DNA of 64,000 nt from an uncultured delta proteobacterium (GTDB lineage Bacteria; Myxococcota; UBA727; VGSZ01): NCBI GenBank assembly GCA_963775425.1, contig CAVZJB010000003.1:32001-96000 (forward strand), given 5' to 3'. The notes below the pieces were generated by a model, which searched no databases, was not told where the DNA came from, and saw only the letters and a list, made by a program, of their open reading frames with translations. Shown in pieces: positions 19,416 to 29,053 of the stretch; position 1 is the stretch's first letter, and each line of letters begins with the position of its first letter. Position numbers and translations under genes: made by a program.

Positions 19416-21872
19416 ATGATCGCGCAGCGACGGCCCCCCGCGCAGACGCCGGCGCCGCGGGAAGACGCGGGGCTCACGAGCGCTCGTGCTGCGCAGCTCC
19501 TCGAGGTGCACGGCGAAAACGCCATCACCGCCGAGAAGCGCACGTCGCCGCTCAGGCTGCTCGCCGGGCAGCTCAAGGGCGCGCTCGTTTGGTTGCTGGT
19601 GGGCGCCACCGTGCTGTCCGCCGCGCTCGGCGAGGTGCGCGACGCCGTCGCCATCGCCGTCATCCTCGTCGTCAACGCCGCCATCGGCTTCTTCCAGGAG
19701 CTGCGCGCGGAGAAGGCAATCCTCGCGTTGTCGCGGATGGCCGCGCCGCACGCGCGGGTGGTGCGCGACGGCGCCGTCGTCGATGTCGCCGCGGCCGCCG
19801 TCGTCCCCGGCAATCTGCTCGTGCTCGAGGCCGGCGACGTGGTCGCCGCCGACGGCGTGGTGGTGTCCGCGAGCCGGCTCAAGACCAACGAGGCCGCCCT
19901 CACCGGCGAGAGCGTGCCGGTGGACAAGCGCGTCGGCGAGGAGCCCGTCGATGCGCCGCTCGCCGAGCGCCACGGCCGTGTCTACGCCGGCACGGCCGTC
20001 GCCGACGGCAGCGGCCGCGCCGTGGTCGCCGCCACCGGCATGAAGACCGAGCTCGGCAAGATCGCCGCGCTGCTCACCCAGACCCACGACGAGGAGACGC
20101 CGCTGCAAAAGCGCCTCGAGCGCGTCGGGCGCACGTTGCTCGTCCTGTGCACGGGGATCGTGGTGCTCGTGGCGGCGGTCGGGCTGTGGCGCGGGACGCC
20201 GCCGCTCGAGCTCTTGATGACCTCGGTGTCGTTGGCGGTGGCGGCGGTGCCCGAGGGGCTCGCCGCCATCGTCACCATCGCGCTCGCCGTCGGCGTGCAG
20301 CGGATGGTCGCGCAAAACGTCCTCATCCGCCGGCTGCCGGCGGTGGAGACGCTCGGCTGCGCGACGGTCATCTGCACCGACAAGACGGGCACGCTGACGA
20401 CGGGCAGGATGCGCGTCCGCGAGGTGTGGGCCAAGGATCGAAAGCGGACGCTGCGCGTCGCCGTCGCCTGCTCCGACGCCGAGCTGTCCGCCGACGGCGA
20501 CGGCGGCACCGGCGACCCCACCGAGGTCGCGCTGCTCATCGCCGCGGCCGAGGACGGCACCGCGCGCGCGGACGTCGAGCGGCTGGAGCCGCGCATCGAG
20601 ACGCACCCCTTCGACGCCGAGCGCAAGCGCATGAGCGTGTTCCGCCGCGTCGAGGCCGGCCCCGGGCGGTTGTACGTGAAGGGCGCGCTCGAGCTGCTCC
20701 TCCCGCTGTGTCGCGAGGGGACCACGGGGGCCGTCGAGGCGAACGCCGACATGGCGGAGCGCGGGCTGCGCGTGCTGGCCGTCGCCGTCGGCGACGACAA
20801 TCAGGAGCGAGACCTCGAGCTCGTGGGCCTGGTCGGCATCGCTGACCCGCCGCGCACCGAGGCGGTGGACGCCGTGGCGCACGCGCGCAAGGCCGGCATC
20901 AAGACCATCATGATCACGGGCGATCACCCCGCCACCGCCGCCGCCATCGCGCGCGAGCTGGGCATCGTGCGCGACGGTGACGACGTCAAGGAGCTCGTCC
21001 ACGCCCGCGCTACGCCCGCGGAGAAGCTCGCGCTCGTGCGGGAGGAGAAGGCCAAGGGGCAGGTGGTGGCCATGACCGGCGACGGCGTGAACGACGCCCC
21101 GGCGCTCAAGGAGGCGGACATCGGCATCGCCATGGGCAAAGGCACCGAGGTGACGCGCGAGGCCGCCGACATGATCCTGGTCGACGACAACTTTGCGAGC
21201 ATCGTAGCCGCCGTTCGCGAGGGCAGGGGCGTCTACGACAACATCCAGAAGGCGCTGGTCTACCTGCTCGCGGGGAACATCGGCGAGCTCGCTTTCATGT
21301 TGCTCGCGTCGGCGCTCGGCGCGCCGTTGCCGCTCACGCCGCTGCAGTTGCTGTGGATCAACCTCGTCACCGACGGCCTGCCCGCGCTGGCGCTCGTGTT
21401 CAATCCGACGGACCCCGACGTGCTCGGACGCCGCCCGCGGCGCTTCGACGAGCAGATGCTCGGCCGGCCCCAGTGGACCGCCATCGTCCTCACGGGCATG
21501 GTGACGGCGTCGGTGGCGCTGGGCGTGTTCTTCTGGGCGCTGTCCTCGCGCGACGTCGCCACGGCGCGCAACCTCGCGTTCTCCACCATCGTCATCGGCG
21601 AGCTCCTGCGCGCCTTCGCCGCCCGCTCGACGAACAAGGTGTTCTTCGAGACCCCCGTGTTCGGAAACGTGCTCCTCCTCGGCGTCGTGCTCGTGAGCGT
21701 GCTCTTGCAGCTCGGCCTGCACTTCATGCCGTTCACCGCGCAATTGTTCAATCTGCGCGCGCTGACGCTCGAGGACGGCTTGCTCAGCGTCGGCCTCGGG
21801 CTCGTCCCGGTCACCGTGGTCGAGCTCAGCAAGCTCGCCCGCCGCGCGTTCGCCGGAGACAGGCCGCGGTGA
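19416..21872 (+). CDS. Cation-translocating P-type ATPase (P2A, Ca2+-type)
   Basis: TGES, PEGL, DKTGTLT, GDGVNDAPAL, LWINLVTDGLPA. Confidence 0.95.
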   Translation: MIAQRRPPAQTPAPREDAGLTSARAAQLLEVHGENAITAEKRTSPLRLLAGQLKGALVWLLVGATVLSAALGEVRDAVAIAVILVVNAAIGFFQELRAEKAILALSRMAAPHARVVRDGAVVDVAAAAVVPGNLLVLEAGDVVAADGVVVSASRLKTNEAALTGESVPVDKRVGEEPVDAPLAERHGRVYAGTAVADGSGRAVVAATGMKTELGKIAALLTQTHDEETPLQKRLERVGRTLLVLCTGIVVLVAAVGLWRGTPPLELLMTSVSLAVAAVPEGLAAIVTIALAVGVQRMVAQNVLIRRLPAVETLGCATVICTDKTGTLTTGRMRVREVWAKDRKRTLRVAVACSDAELSADGDGGTGDPTEVALLIAAAEDGTARADVERLEPRIETHPFDAERKRMSVFRRVEAGPGRLYVKGALELLLPLCREGTTGAVEANADMAERGLRVLAVAVGDDNQERDLELVGLVGIADPPRTEAVDAVAHARKAGIKTIMITGDHPATAAAIARELGIVRDGDDVKELVHARATPAEKLALVREEKAKGQVVAMTGDGVNDAPALKEADIGIAMGKGTEVTREAADMILVDDNFASIVAAVREGRGVYDNIQKALVYLLAGNIGELAFMLLASALGAPLPLTPLQLLWINLVTDGLPALALVFNPTDPDVLGRRPRRFDEQMLGRPQWTAIVLTGMVTASVALGVFFWALSSRDVATARNLAFSTIVIGELLRAFAARSTNKVFFETPVFGNVLLLGVVLVSVLLQLGLHFMPFTAQLFNLRALTLEDGLLSVGLGLVPVTVVELSKLARRAFAGDRPR

Positions 21873-21876
21873 AGGT

Positions 21877-21917
<41 letters not shown>

Positions 21918-22080
21918 TTCGCAGCTCTTCCGCGCCGTGACGAATCGATGTGGGACGCACGGCGCGCGGCTCGGCTGATCGTCCGAGGAGAACAACGGCG
22001 CCGTTCGAGGGCCGAAGACATGAGCTGCAAGCACGGTGCGGCGCATGGACGGGCGCGCGCGTCGGGTTGCGGAGCGGAAG

Positions 22081-23571
22081 ATGGCAGACAAGTCGTCGTC
22101 GACGCCGGCCGGACAAGGCCGCGTGCTCGTCGTTGTCGTCGCAAGCGTCACGGCGCTCGCGGGCGTGGTCGATGCGTGTCAGTGCGAAGAGCCGTTGCAG
22201 CAACTGCTCGGCGTCGTGCGCGGCCGCCTCTGCGACGACCTCACGGGCCGGCCGCTCGCGGGCGCGGTGATGGAGCTCGCCGGCCAGACCGCCACCACCG
22301 GCGACGACGGCCGCTACGTGTTCGACGGCGTCGCCGTCGGCCCCGCGCGCGTCACCACGCGCGTCGACGATCGCCGCTTCGACGTCTTCGTCACGTCGGC
22401 GGAGCCGGCGCTCGTCGACAATCCCGCCTGCCGCGCGATCCCCGAGCTCGTCACCGGGCGCATCGAGGGCCGCGTCTGCGACACCGCGCGCGGCGGATGG
22501 CTCGCCGCGGCCCTCGTGCGCGTCGCGCCCGACGGCTTCGCGCCGCAGGAGACCTTCACCGACGACGATGGCCGCTTCTCGTTCGACGCCGTGCCCCCCG
22601 GCGCGCAGGTGGTCGACGTCGAGGCACCGGGCTTCTCCCACGGCTACCCCGTCGACGTCGTCGCAGGCGACGTCGTCACCGTCGACGCCGTCGAGGGCTG
22701 CGACCCCGCCGTGCCGCAACAGGGCGCGCTCGAGGGCGTGTTCTGCGGTCCCGACGGCGGCGCGCTCACAGGCGCCACGGTGAGCGCGCTCGACGTGTCG
22801 ACCACCACCGACGAGACCGGCGCGTTCGCGCTCTCGCCGCTGCCGGCGGGCCCGGTCACGCTGCACGTCGGCGGCCCCGTCGACGTCGACGTCGACGCGC
22901 TCGTGCGCCCCGGCGCGTCGACGCCGGTGCCCACGCCGTTCGCCTGCGCGCCGCCCCCGGCCAATCCGCCGGCCAATCCGCCGGCCAATCCGCCGGTCGA
23001 TCCGCCGGCGAGCGGCGCGCCGGCCGATGATCCGCCCCCGACACCTGGGGCCTGCCCGCCGGGCGTGGTGCGCCAGTGCTACTCCGGCCCCGTCGGCACG
23101 GTGTTCGTCGGTGACTGCCACCCGGGCACGCAGAGGTGCGGCGACGACGGCACCTTCGGCCCGTGCACCGGCGAGGTCACGCCCCGCTTCGACGTCCCCG
23201 AGGACGGCTTCGATGAGGACTGCGACGGCTTCGACGCGTCGTGCGCCGACGTCGAGGTGGCCCAGTCGATCCTCCTGTTCGGCGACTGCCTCGACGTCAC
23301 GTGCCCCGCTTCGGCGCCGTTTCCGACGGGCTGCGCGGTGTTCTTCACGCCCGGCGATGACCGCGGCTGCGTCGCCAACGCGCCGGGGCAGTCGAGCGTG
23401 TACTTCCAGGCCGGCGACGAGTGCGACGCGGGCTTCGTGACGGGGACGCTGTTGTGCTCGGCGTTTTCCCAGTGCGTCCCGCGCTTCGGCCTCGACGCGC
23501 TCAACTGCCCCATCAACAAGCCCGTGCCCATCTACGGGCCCACGCCGGACTTCTGTCCCGACACGCACTGA
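22081..23571 (+). CDS. Lipoprotein with three carboxypeptidase-regulatory-like domains, PPAN linker and Cys-rich C-terminus
   Basis: VDAC lipobox-like; G.V.D...G.PL.GA...T.DDG.Y/F repeats; DGFDEDCDG motif. Confidence 0.78.
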   Translation: MADKSSSTPAGQGRVLVVVVASVTALAGVVDACQCEEPLQQLLGVVRGRLCDDLTGRPLAGAVMELAGQTATTGDDGRYVFDGVAVGPARVTTRVDDRRFDVFVTSAEPALVDNPACRAIPELVTGRIEGRVCDTARGGWLAAALVRVAPDGFAPQETFTDDDGRFSFDAVPPGAQVVDVEAPGFSHGYPVDVVAGDVVTVDAVEGCDPAVPQQGALEGVFCGPDGGALTGATVSALDVSTTTDETGAFALSPLPAGPVTLHVGGPVDVDVDALVRPGASTPVPTPFACAPPPANPPANPPANPPVDPPASGAPADDPPPTPGACPPGVVRQCYSGPVGTVFVGDCHPGTQRCGDDGTFGPCTGEVTPRFDVPEDGFDEDCDGFDASCADVEVAQSILLFGDCLDVTCPASAPFPTGCAVFFTPGDDRGCVANAPGQSSVYFQAGDECDAGFVTGTLLCSAFSQCVPRFGLDALNCPINKPVPIYGPTPDFCPDTH

Positions 23572-23608
23572 GCGAGCTCCGCGGGGGAGGACACCCGAGG
23601 AGAAGACA

Positions 23609-24036
23609 ATGGTCAGCATCAACACCGCGAACCGCATCCCCCGCGCCGGCGTCGTCGACGCGCACAGCCAGGTCGACGAAGTGCGCCGGCAGGGCTCGAC
23701 GACGACGACGGCGCCGCAAGACTCGTTTCAGCGGCCCACGGCGCCGGTGCGCCCGGCGACGCAGGGGCAAAGCGGCCTCGGCGGCATCCTCGGCAGCCTC
23801 TTTCAAGGCCTCTCGGGGATGCTCGCCCGGCTCGGGGCAACAAGGGCGCCCTCCTCGCGGGAATCCTGAACGTCGTCGGCGGGCTCCTGCAGCAGATCTT
23901 CGGTCAGGCGGGCGCGTCGTCGTCGCCGTCGTACGCGCCGTCGACGCCGGGCGCTTCAGGGAGCGCGCCGCCGATGCCGAGCGTGCCCTCGAACGCGGTG
24001 AGCCCGTACGACCCCAACCGGCCCTACGAGCCCTGA
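23609..24036 (+). CDS. Small Gly-rich amphipathic protein, frameshifted at G-run 23834-23837
   Basis: AGGAG RBS; adding one G joins ...MLARLG to GNKGALLAGILNVVGGLLQQIFG...PYEP*. Confidence 0.6.
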
Positions 24037-24085
24037 TCGGCCGCGCGTGTCCCCGCGGCCGGCGAGGCGCGGTAGCATCCGGCCC

Positions 24086-25990
24086 GTGAGAAGCATCGCC
24101 CTCGTCGTCGCCGCCGTCGCCGCGGCCTCCTGCGCGCCGGACAAGACCGTCGTCGACTTCACCGTGCCCACGGGGGATCCCACGGCGAAGTTCCTCGACA
24201 TGCCGTGGCCCTCGGACGTCATGCGCGTCGACGGCGGGCTCGACCTCAACGAGGTGCCGAACCCGTTTTCGTCGTCGTCGCTCGAGGACGTCATCCGGCT
24301 GTTCGCCACCAACACCGCGTACCCGGCCACCGGCACGCTCTACTTCCGCGTCGCCGGCGGCGTGGACGAGGGCTCGTTGCCGCCCGATGCCGCCGCCTCG
24401 CTCACCGACGGCTCGTCCATGTTCCTCGTCGAGACCGACACGCTGCGACGCGTGCCGCTCGTGTGGAAGCAGTTCGCGAAAGGCACCTCGTTCCTCCCGC
24501 CGGGCACCGTGGCGGCGCAGCCGCTGCTCGGTGCGGTGCCGCACGGGCGCTTCGCGCTCGTCGTCACGTCCAACGCGCGCGCCAAGGACGGCAGCGCGCT
24601 CGGCGCGTCGCCCGACCTGCGCGCGCTCCTCACCTGCCAGCCGCTGCCCAAGGACGCGCGCGCGGTGGACTGCGCGCCCTATCAAAAGCTCGCCGCAGAC
24701 CTGGGGCTGCCCGCCGAGAGCATCGCGCTCGTTCAGATGATCACCCCGGAGGACAGCTCCAGCGGCCTGGTCGACGCCGCCGACGTCGTGCGCGAGCTCG
24801 GGCCGCCGGCGGCGACGGGCTTGTCCCGGCGCTCGTCGTCGCCGTCGTCGAGCTACGTGATCTACGACGGCGTCGCCGGCATCGCCCAATTGCAGGCGGG
24901 GGTCCCCCCCTATGACACGCTCGACCCCAACTACGTGAGCGGCGGCTTCGTGCTCGGCGACGACGGGCGCCCCGTGGTGCAGCGCATCGAGGAGGTGCCG
25001 TTCCTCGTCACCGTGCCGACGCAGCCGCCGCCGCCCGGCGGCTACTGCGTCGTCATCAACGGCCACGGCACCGGCGGCGACCTCGAGAGCGGGCTCGGCA
25101 GCGGGCCGAGCGCGGAGGCCTTCCAGATCGCGCAGGCCGGTTGCGCCATGTTCGCGATGTCGGAGCCGCTGCACCGCACGCGCGCCGGGTATCGCGAAGG
25201 ACAGGAAGAGGTCCTCACCTTCAACTTCTTCAACCCCGTCGCCGGCCGCGACAACTGGCGGCAGTCGGCCATCGAGAAGGTGCAGCTCGTGTCTTTGGCG
25301 CAGGCCCTCACCATCCCGCCGTCGGTCACCGGCGGCGCCGCCGTGCGCTTCGACGCGGACCACATCGCGTACTTCGGCCACTCCCAGGGCGGGATCACCG
25401 GCGCGTTGTTCGTCGCCGTGGAGCACCGCATCGCGGGCGCGTTCCTCTCGGGCGCGGGCGCCGGTTTCCAGGCCTCGCTCGTCGAGAAGGTCGATCCCAC
25501 GTCCATCGCCGACATCCTGAAGGTGGTGCTCGATTTCCCGTCCGACAGCGACGAGGACATCGACCTGTTCCACCCGGTCATCACGCTGCTGCAGTCGTGG
25601 GTGGATCCCGCCGATCCCATCAACTACGGCGATCTGTGGAGCCGCCGCCAGGGGCGTGTGCCGCACCTCGTGATGACGTCGGGCCTGCTCGACACGTTCA
25701 CGCCGCCGCGCTGCCACGGCGCGTTGGCGGCCGCCTTCCACCTCCCCCTCGTGGAGCCGGTGAGCGAGGACATCGACGTCCTCGACGTCCTCGGCATCGA
25801 GCCCGCACAGCCGCCCATCGAGGGGAACTTCGAGACCGTCGACGGCGGCCAGGTCACCGCGGGCGTCCTGCAGTATCCGAACGACGGGCACTTCGCCGTC
25901 TTCGACAACCCCGACGCGCAGAGCGCCATGCGTACCTTCTTCACCACGCTCCAGCAGGGCGCGCCCATCGTGCGCGTCAACCAGGAGTGA
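24086..25990 (+). CDS. Lipoprotein alpha/beta hydrolase (lipase-like)
   Basis: Lipobox AASC; HGTGG, GHSQG nucleophile elbow, C-terminal GHF. Confidence 0.85.
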   Translation: MRSIALVVAAVAAASCAPDKTVVDFTVPTGDPTAKFLDMPWPSDVMRVDGGLDLNEVPNPFSSSSLEDVIRLFATNTAYPATGTLYFRVAGGVDEGSLPPDAAASLTDGSSMFLVETDTLRRVPLVWKQFAKGTSFLPPGTVAAQPLLGAVPHGRFALVVTSNARAKDGSALGASPDLRALLTCQPLPKDARAVDCAPYQKLAADLGLPAESIALVQMITPEDSSSGLVDAADVVRELGPPAATGLSRRSSSPSSSYVIYDGVAGIAQLQAGVPPYDTLDPNYVSGGFVLGDDGRPVVQRIEEVPFLVTVPTQPPPPGGYCVVINGHGTGGDLESGLGSGPSAEAFQIAQAGCAMFAMSEPLHRTRAGYREGQEEVLTFNFFNPVAGRDNWRQSAIEKVQLVSLAQALTIPPSVTGGAAVRFDADHIAYFGHSQGGITGALFVAVEHRIAGAFLSGAGAGFQASLVEKVDPTSIADILKVVLDFPSDSDEDIDLFHPVITLLQSWVDPADPINYGDLWSRRQGRVPHLVMTSGLLDTFTPPRCHGALAAAFHLPLVEPVSEDIDVLDVLGIEPAQPPIEGNFETVDGGQVTAGVLQYPNDGHFAVFDNPDAQSAMRTFFTTLQQGAPIVRVNQE

Positions 25991-26002
25991 TACAACGCCC
26001 GC

Positions 26003-27106
26003 ATGCGCATCGCCGTCGCCGCTCTCGCGCTGCCCCTCGTCGCCGGCGTCGCCTCCCCGGCGTGGGCCGACGTCGGCGTCGTTGTGAAGCTGGTCGGACA
26101 GGGCCTCGATCCCGCGGCGGCCAGGAGCGTCGCGAGCAACATCGAGCAGGCCGTGAAGACGCGGGTGGTCCCGCTCGGGGCCAGTGACGCCTGCGACGTC
26201 GCCGACGAGAGGGCGCCCTGCATAGAGCCCCTGGTGGCGGCGAGCCCCGACCGCAAGGACATCGACGAGGTGGCCGTGGTGGTCCTCGAGCGCCGCGCGC
26301 CGGGCGCCACGCACATGAGCTTGCGCGTGGTGCGGAGCGAGGATTGGAAGAAGACCGCGCTGAAAGTCGAGGGGGACGTGCCCGACGTCGACTCCACCAA
26401 CGCGGCCAAGGGCATCGTGCGCCAGGTCTTTGATCCGGGGCGCTACACCGGCCGCCTCGTCGTCGAGGGGGCGCCGGCGCGGGCGGAGATCCTCGTCGAC
26501 GGTCTCGCCGCGGAGCCGCTGGCCGTGCTGAGCGTGGGGAAGCACCACGTGCTCGTCGTGTCACCGGACGGCACCGCGTTCCAACAGGACGTCGTCATCG
26601 CCTACCAGCAGCACACGCGCCTGCCGGTGCCCGCGCTCGGCGACAAGGCCGCCGGCCCGCGGCCCACCTGGCCGTTCTTCGTCGCCGACGCCGTCCTCGC
26701 CGCCGGCGTCGCCACCGCCGTCATCGGCGCGCTCGTCGAGGAGTACAGCGTCCGTGCCAACGCCGACGTCGGCAACAACATCGACGCGTGGTCACTGCAC
26801 GCGCGCGACACCGTCGGCTTCCTCCCCAAGGGCGATCAGGACCCCGCGTGCCCTCCCAGTCCCAAGACCGGCGCATGCGACAAGGGGAGCGCGTGGACGA
26901 CGTACGGGCCGGCGTCGGCCGGGGGTGTGAGCGAGCCTGCGCACTTCGCGATGACGGCGGTGGCGCGGCAGAACGAGCTGAGCTGGCGCGCGGGAGAGAC
27001 CGCCGCCATCACCAGCATCATCGTCGGGTCCTCCGTCGCCGTCGCGGGCGGCGTCGCGGCCATCGCGACCTTCGTCGCCGCCCAGCCCGACGAGGCCGCG
27101 CAGTGA
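26003..27106 (+). CDS. PEGA domain-containing secreted/membrane protein
   Basis: Signal peptide; GRLVVEGAPARAEILVDG...LSVGKH PEGA pattern; hydrophobic C-terminal segments. Confidence 0.72.
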   Translation: MRIAVAALALPLVAGVASPAWADVGVVVKLVGQGLDPAAARSVASNIEQAVKTRVVPLGASDACDVADERAPCIEPLVAASPDRKDIDEVAVVVLERRAPGATHMSLRVVRSEDWKKTALKVEGDVPDVDSTNAAKGIVRQVFDPGRYTGRLVVEGAPARAEILVDGLAAEPLAVLSVGKHHVLVVSPDGTAFQQDVVIAYQQHTRLPVPALGDKAAGPRPTWPFFVADAVLAAGVATAVIGALVEEYSVRANADVGNNIDAWSLHARDTVGFLPKGDQDPACPPSPKTGACDKGSAWTTYGPASAGGVSEPAHFAMTAVARQNELSWRAGETAAITSIIVGSSVAVAGGVAAIATFVAAQPDEAAQ

Positions 27107-27672
27107 AGATCTACACGCGCACCGGCGACGCCGGTGAGACGGGCCTGTTCGGTGGTGAGCGCGTGCAGAAGGACGACGCCCGCGTCTGCGCGTACGGCGC
27201 GGTCGACGAAGCCAACGCCGCGGTGGGGGTGGCCGCGGCCGCGCCCGACACCCCGCCGGAGATGCGCGAAGAGCTGCTGCACGTGATGAGCGATCTGTTC
27301 GACATCGGCGCCGAGCTGGCGACGCCGCCGGCCGCCGGGGAGAAGCTCGGGGAGCGCCTCGCGTCCGCCGTCGACGACGCGCGGGTGCGGGCGTTGGAGG
27401 CGAGCATCGACGCCGTCGACGCCGAGGTGCCGCCGCTGTCGACCTTCGTGTTGCCGACGGGCACGGACGCGGCGGCGCGCCTGCACGTCGCGCGTGCCGT
27501 GGTGCGGCGCGCCGAGCGCGAGGTGGTCTCGCTCGCGCGCAGCGTGGCGGTGCGCCGCGAGGTGCTCGTGTACCTGAACCGCTTGAGCGACACGCTCTTT
27601 GCCTGGTCGCGCCTGTGCAATCACCGCAGCGGCGCGGGTGACGTGCCGTGGCGGCACCGCCGCCCCAAATGA
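27103..27672 (+). CDS. pduO: ATP:cob(I)alamin adenosyltransferase (PduO type)
   Basis: KIYTRTGDAGET, GAVDEAN, RRAER, YLNRLSD. Confidence 0.92.
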   Translation: MKIYTRTGDAGETGLFGGERVQKDDARVCAYGAVDEANAAVGVAAAAPDTPPEMREELLHVMSDLFDIGAELATPPAAGEKLGERLASAVDDARVRALEASIDAVDAEVPPLSTFVLPTGTDAAARLHVARAVVRRAEREVVSLARSVAVRREVLVYLNRLSDTLFAWSRLCNHRSGAGDVPWRHRRPK

Positions 27673-28475
27673 GCTCGACCGCGGCGCAGATCGACGAGGC
27701 GGCGCGCATCCTGCGCGAGGCGAAGCGGCTCGTGGTGTTCACGGGCGCGGGCGTGTCCGCGGAGAGCGGCATCGACACGTTTCGCACCGACGGCGGTCTG
27801 TGGGAGCGCTACCCGCCCGAGGAGTTCGCCACCCCCGGCGCCATCTTGAAGATGCTCGCCACCGACCCCGCGCGCGTGGCGCGCTTCCTGCGGGACGTGC
27901 TCGAGCCCGTCGCGCGCGCGCGCCCCAACCCCGGGCACGAGGCGCTCTCCGTCATCGAGGAGCGCGTGCGCGAGCGCGGCGGCGACGCCGTCGTCGTCAC
28001 GCAGAACATCGATCGCCTGCATCAGGACGCGGGGAGCCGCTCCGTGCTCGAGGTGCACGGGAGCCTCTTCGACCTCGTCGACGACGAGGGCTTGCCCCGC
28101 GGCAGGCTCGAGCGCGCCGACCTGAGCCGCATCGCAGAGCGCCTGGCCAAGGCCGAGCGCGGGCTGTTGAAACGCAGCCGCATCGTCGCCGCGCTGTCGC
28201 CGCTGTTGTCGGTGCGCCACCGGCCGAACGTGGTGCTCTTCGGTGAGGGGCTCCCCGAGCCCGCGTGGAGCAAGGCCGTCGAGGCCAGCCGCCGCGCCGA
28301 CGCCATGCTCGTCGTGGGCACCTCGGGCGCCGTCTACCCCGCGGCGTCGCTCACGGAGGTCGCCGCCGAGGCGGGCGCCCGCCTGGTGGGCGTCGGGCCC
28401 GAGCGCGGGGACGCCGACGTGTGGCTCGAGGGCAACGCGGGCGTCCTGCTGCCGGCGGTGGCTGCGCTCGGTTGA
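27669..28475 (+). CDS. cobB: Sir2-family NAD-dependent deacylase
   Basis: TGAGVSAESGIDTFR, TQNIDRLH, HGS, RPNVVLFGE, GTSGAVYPAA. Confidence 0.9.
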   Translation: MSSTAAQIDEAARILREAKRLVVFTGAGVSAESGIDTFRTDGGLWERYPPEEFATPGAILKMLATDPARVARFLRDVLEPVARARPNPGHEALSVIEERVRERGGDAVVVTQNIDRLHQDAGSRSVLEVHGSLFDLVDDEGLPRGRLERADLSRIAERLAKAERGLLKRSRIVAALSPLLSVRHRPNVVLFGEGLPEPAWSKAVEASRRADAMLVVGTSGAVYPAASLTEVAAEAGARLVGVGPERGDADVWLEGNAGVLLPAVAALG

Positions 28476-28660
28476 GCCCCCGCTCGTGCCGTGACGCGGC
28501 GCGTGCACCTGCGGTGCTTCGCCCACCCCGCTGGGCCTCCTGGAGCGCGCGGCGGGATCGACGCCGCGCGCGAAGACGTCGCCGCGGGCGGCCCGGCCCC
28601 GAGAGCGTCGGCGCTCGGGGGCACGAGCGATGCACACCCCGGCGGCGCAAGGAGGTCTGC

Positions 28661-28993
28661 ATGGACGCCCTCAACAGCTTCGCCGGCCTGGTGCTGATCG
28701 CCGCGCCGTGGATCCTTCGCTACAGCGACAACCGCCTCGCCATGTGGACGAGCGTGGTGCTCGGCGTGGTGATCCTCGTGGTCGCCGGCTACCGCGCGCT
28801 GGCGAAGGACGCGCACCGCTGGGAGGAGTGGACCGTCGCCATCGTCGGCGCCGTCGCCGTCATGATCCCCTTCGCGTTCGGCTACGCGGGCGTCGCGGTC
28901 TGGGCGAGCATCACGCTCGGCGCCGTGATCACGGCCGCGGCGCTCTACCAGCTCACCGTCACGTCGTCGCCGCGCCGTCGCCCCGCGCATTGA
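28661..28993 (+). CDS. SPW repeat membrane protein
   Basis: AAGGAGGT RBS; APWIL..., WEEW...PFAFGY. Confidence 0.8.
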   Translation: MDALNSFAGLVLIAAPWILRYSDNRLAMWTSVVLGVVILVVAGYRALAKDAHRWEEWTVAIVGAVAVMIPFAFGYAGVAVWASITLGAVITAAALYQLTVTSSPRRRPAH

Positions 28994-29053
28994 AGCCCGA
29001 CAGCGCGCGCGGACGTCGCGCGCCGGAGCCCGCGGCCACGGTATCCTGGGCCC

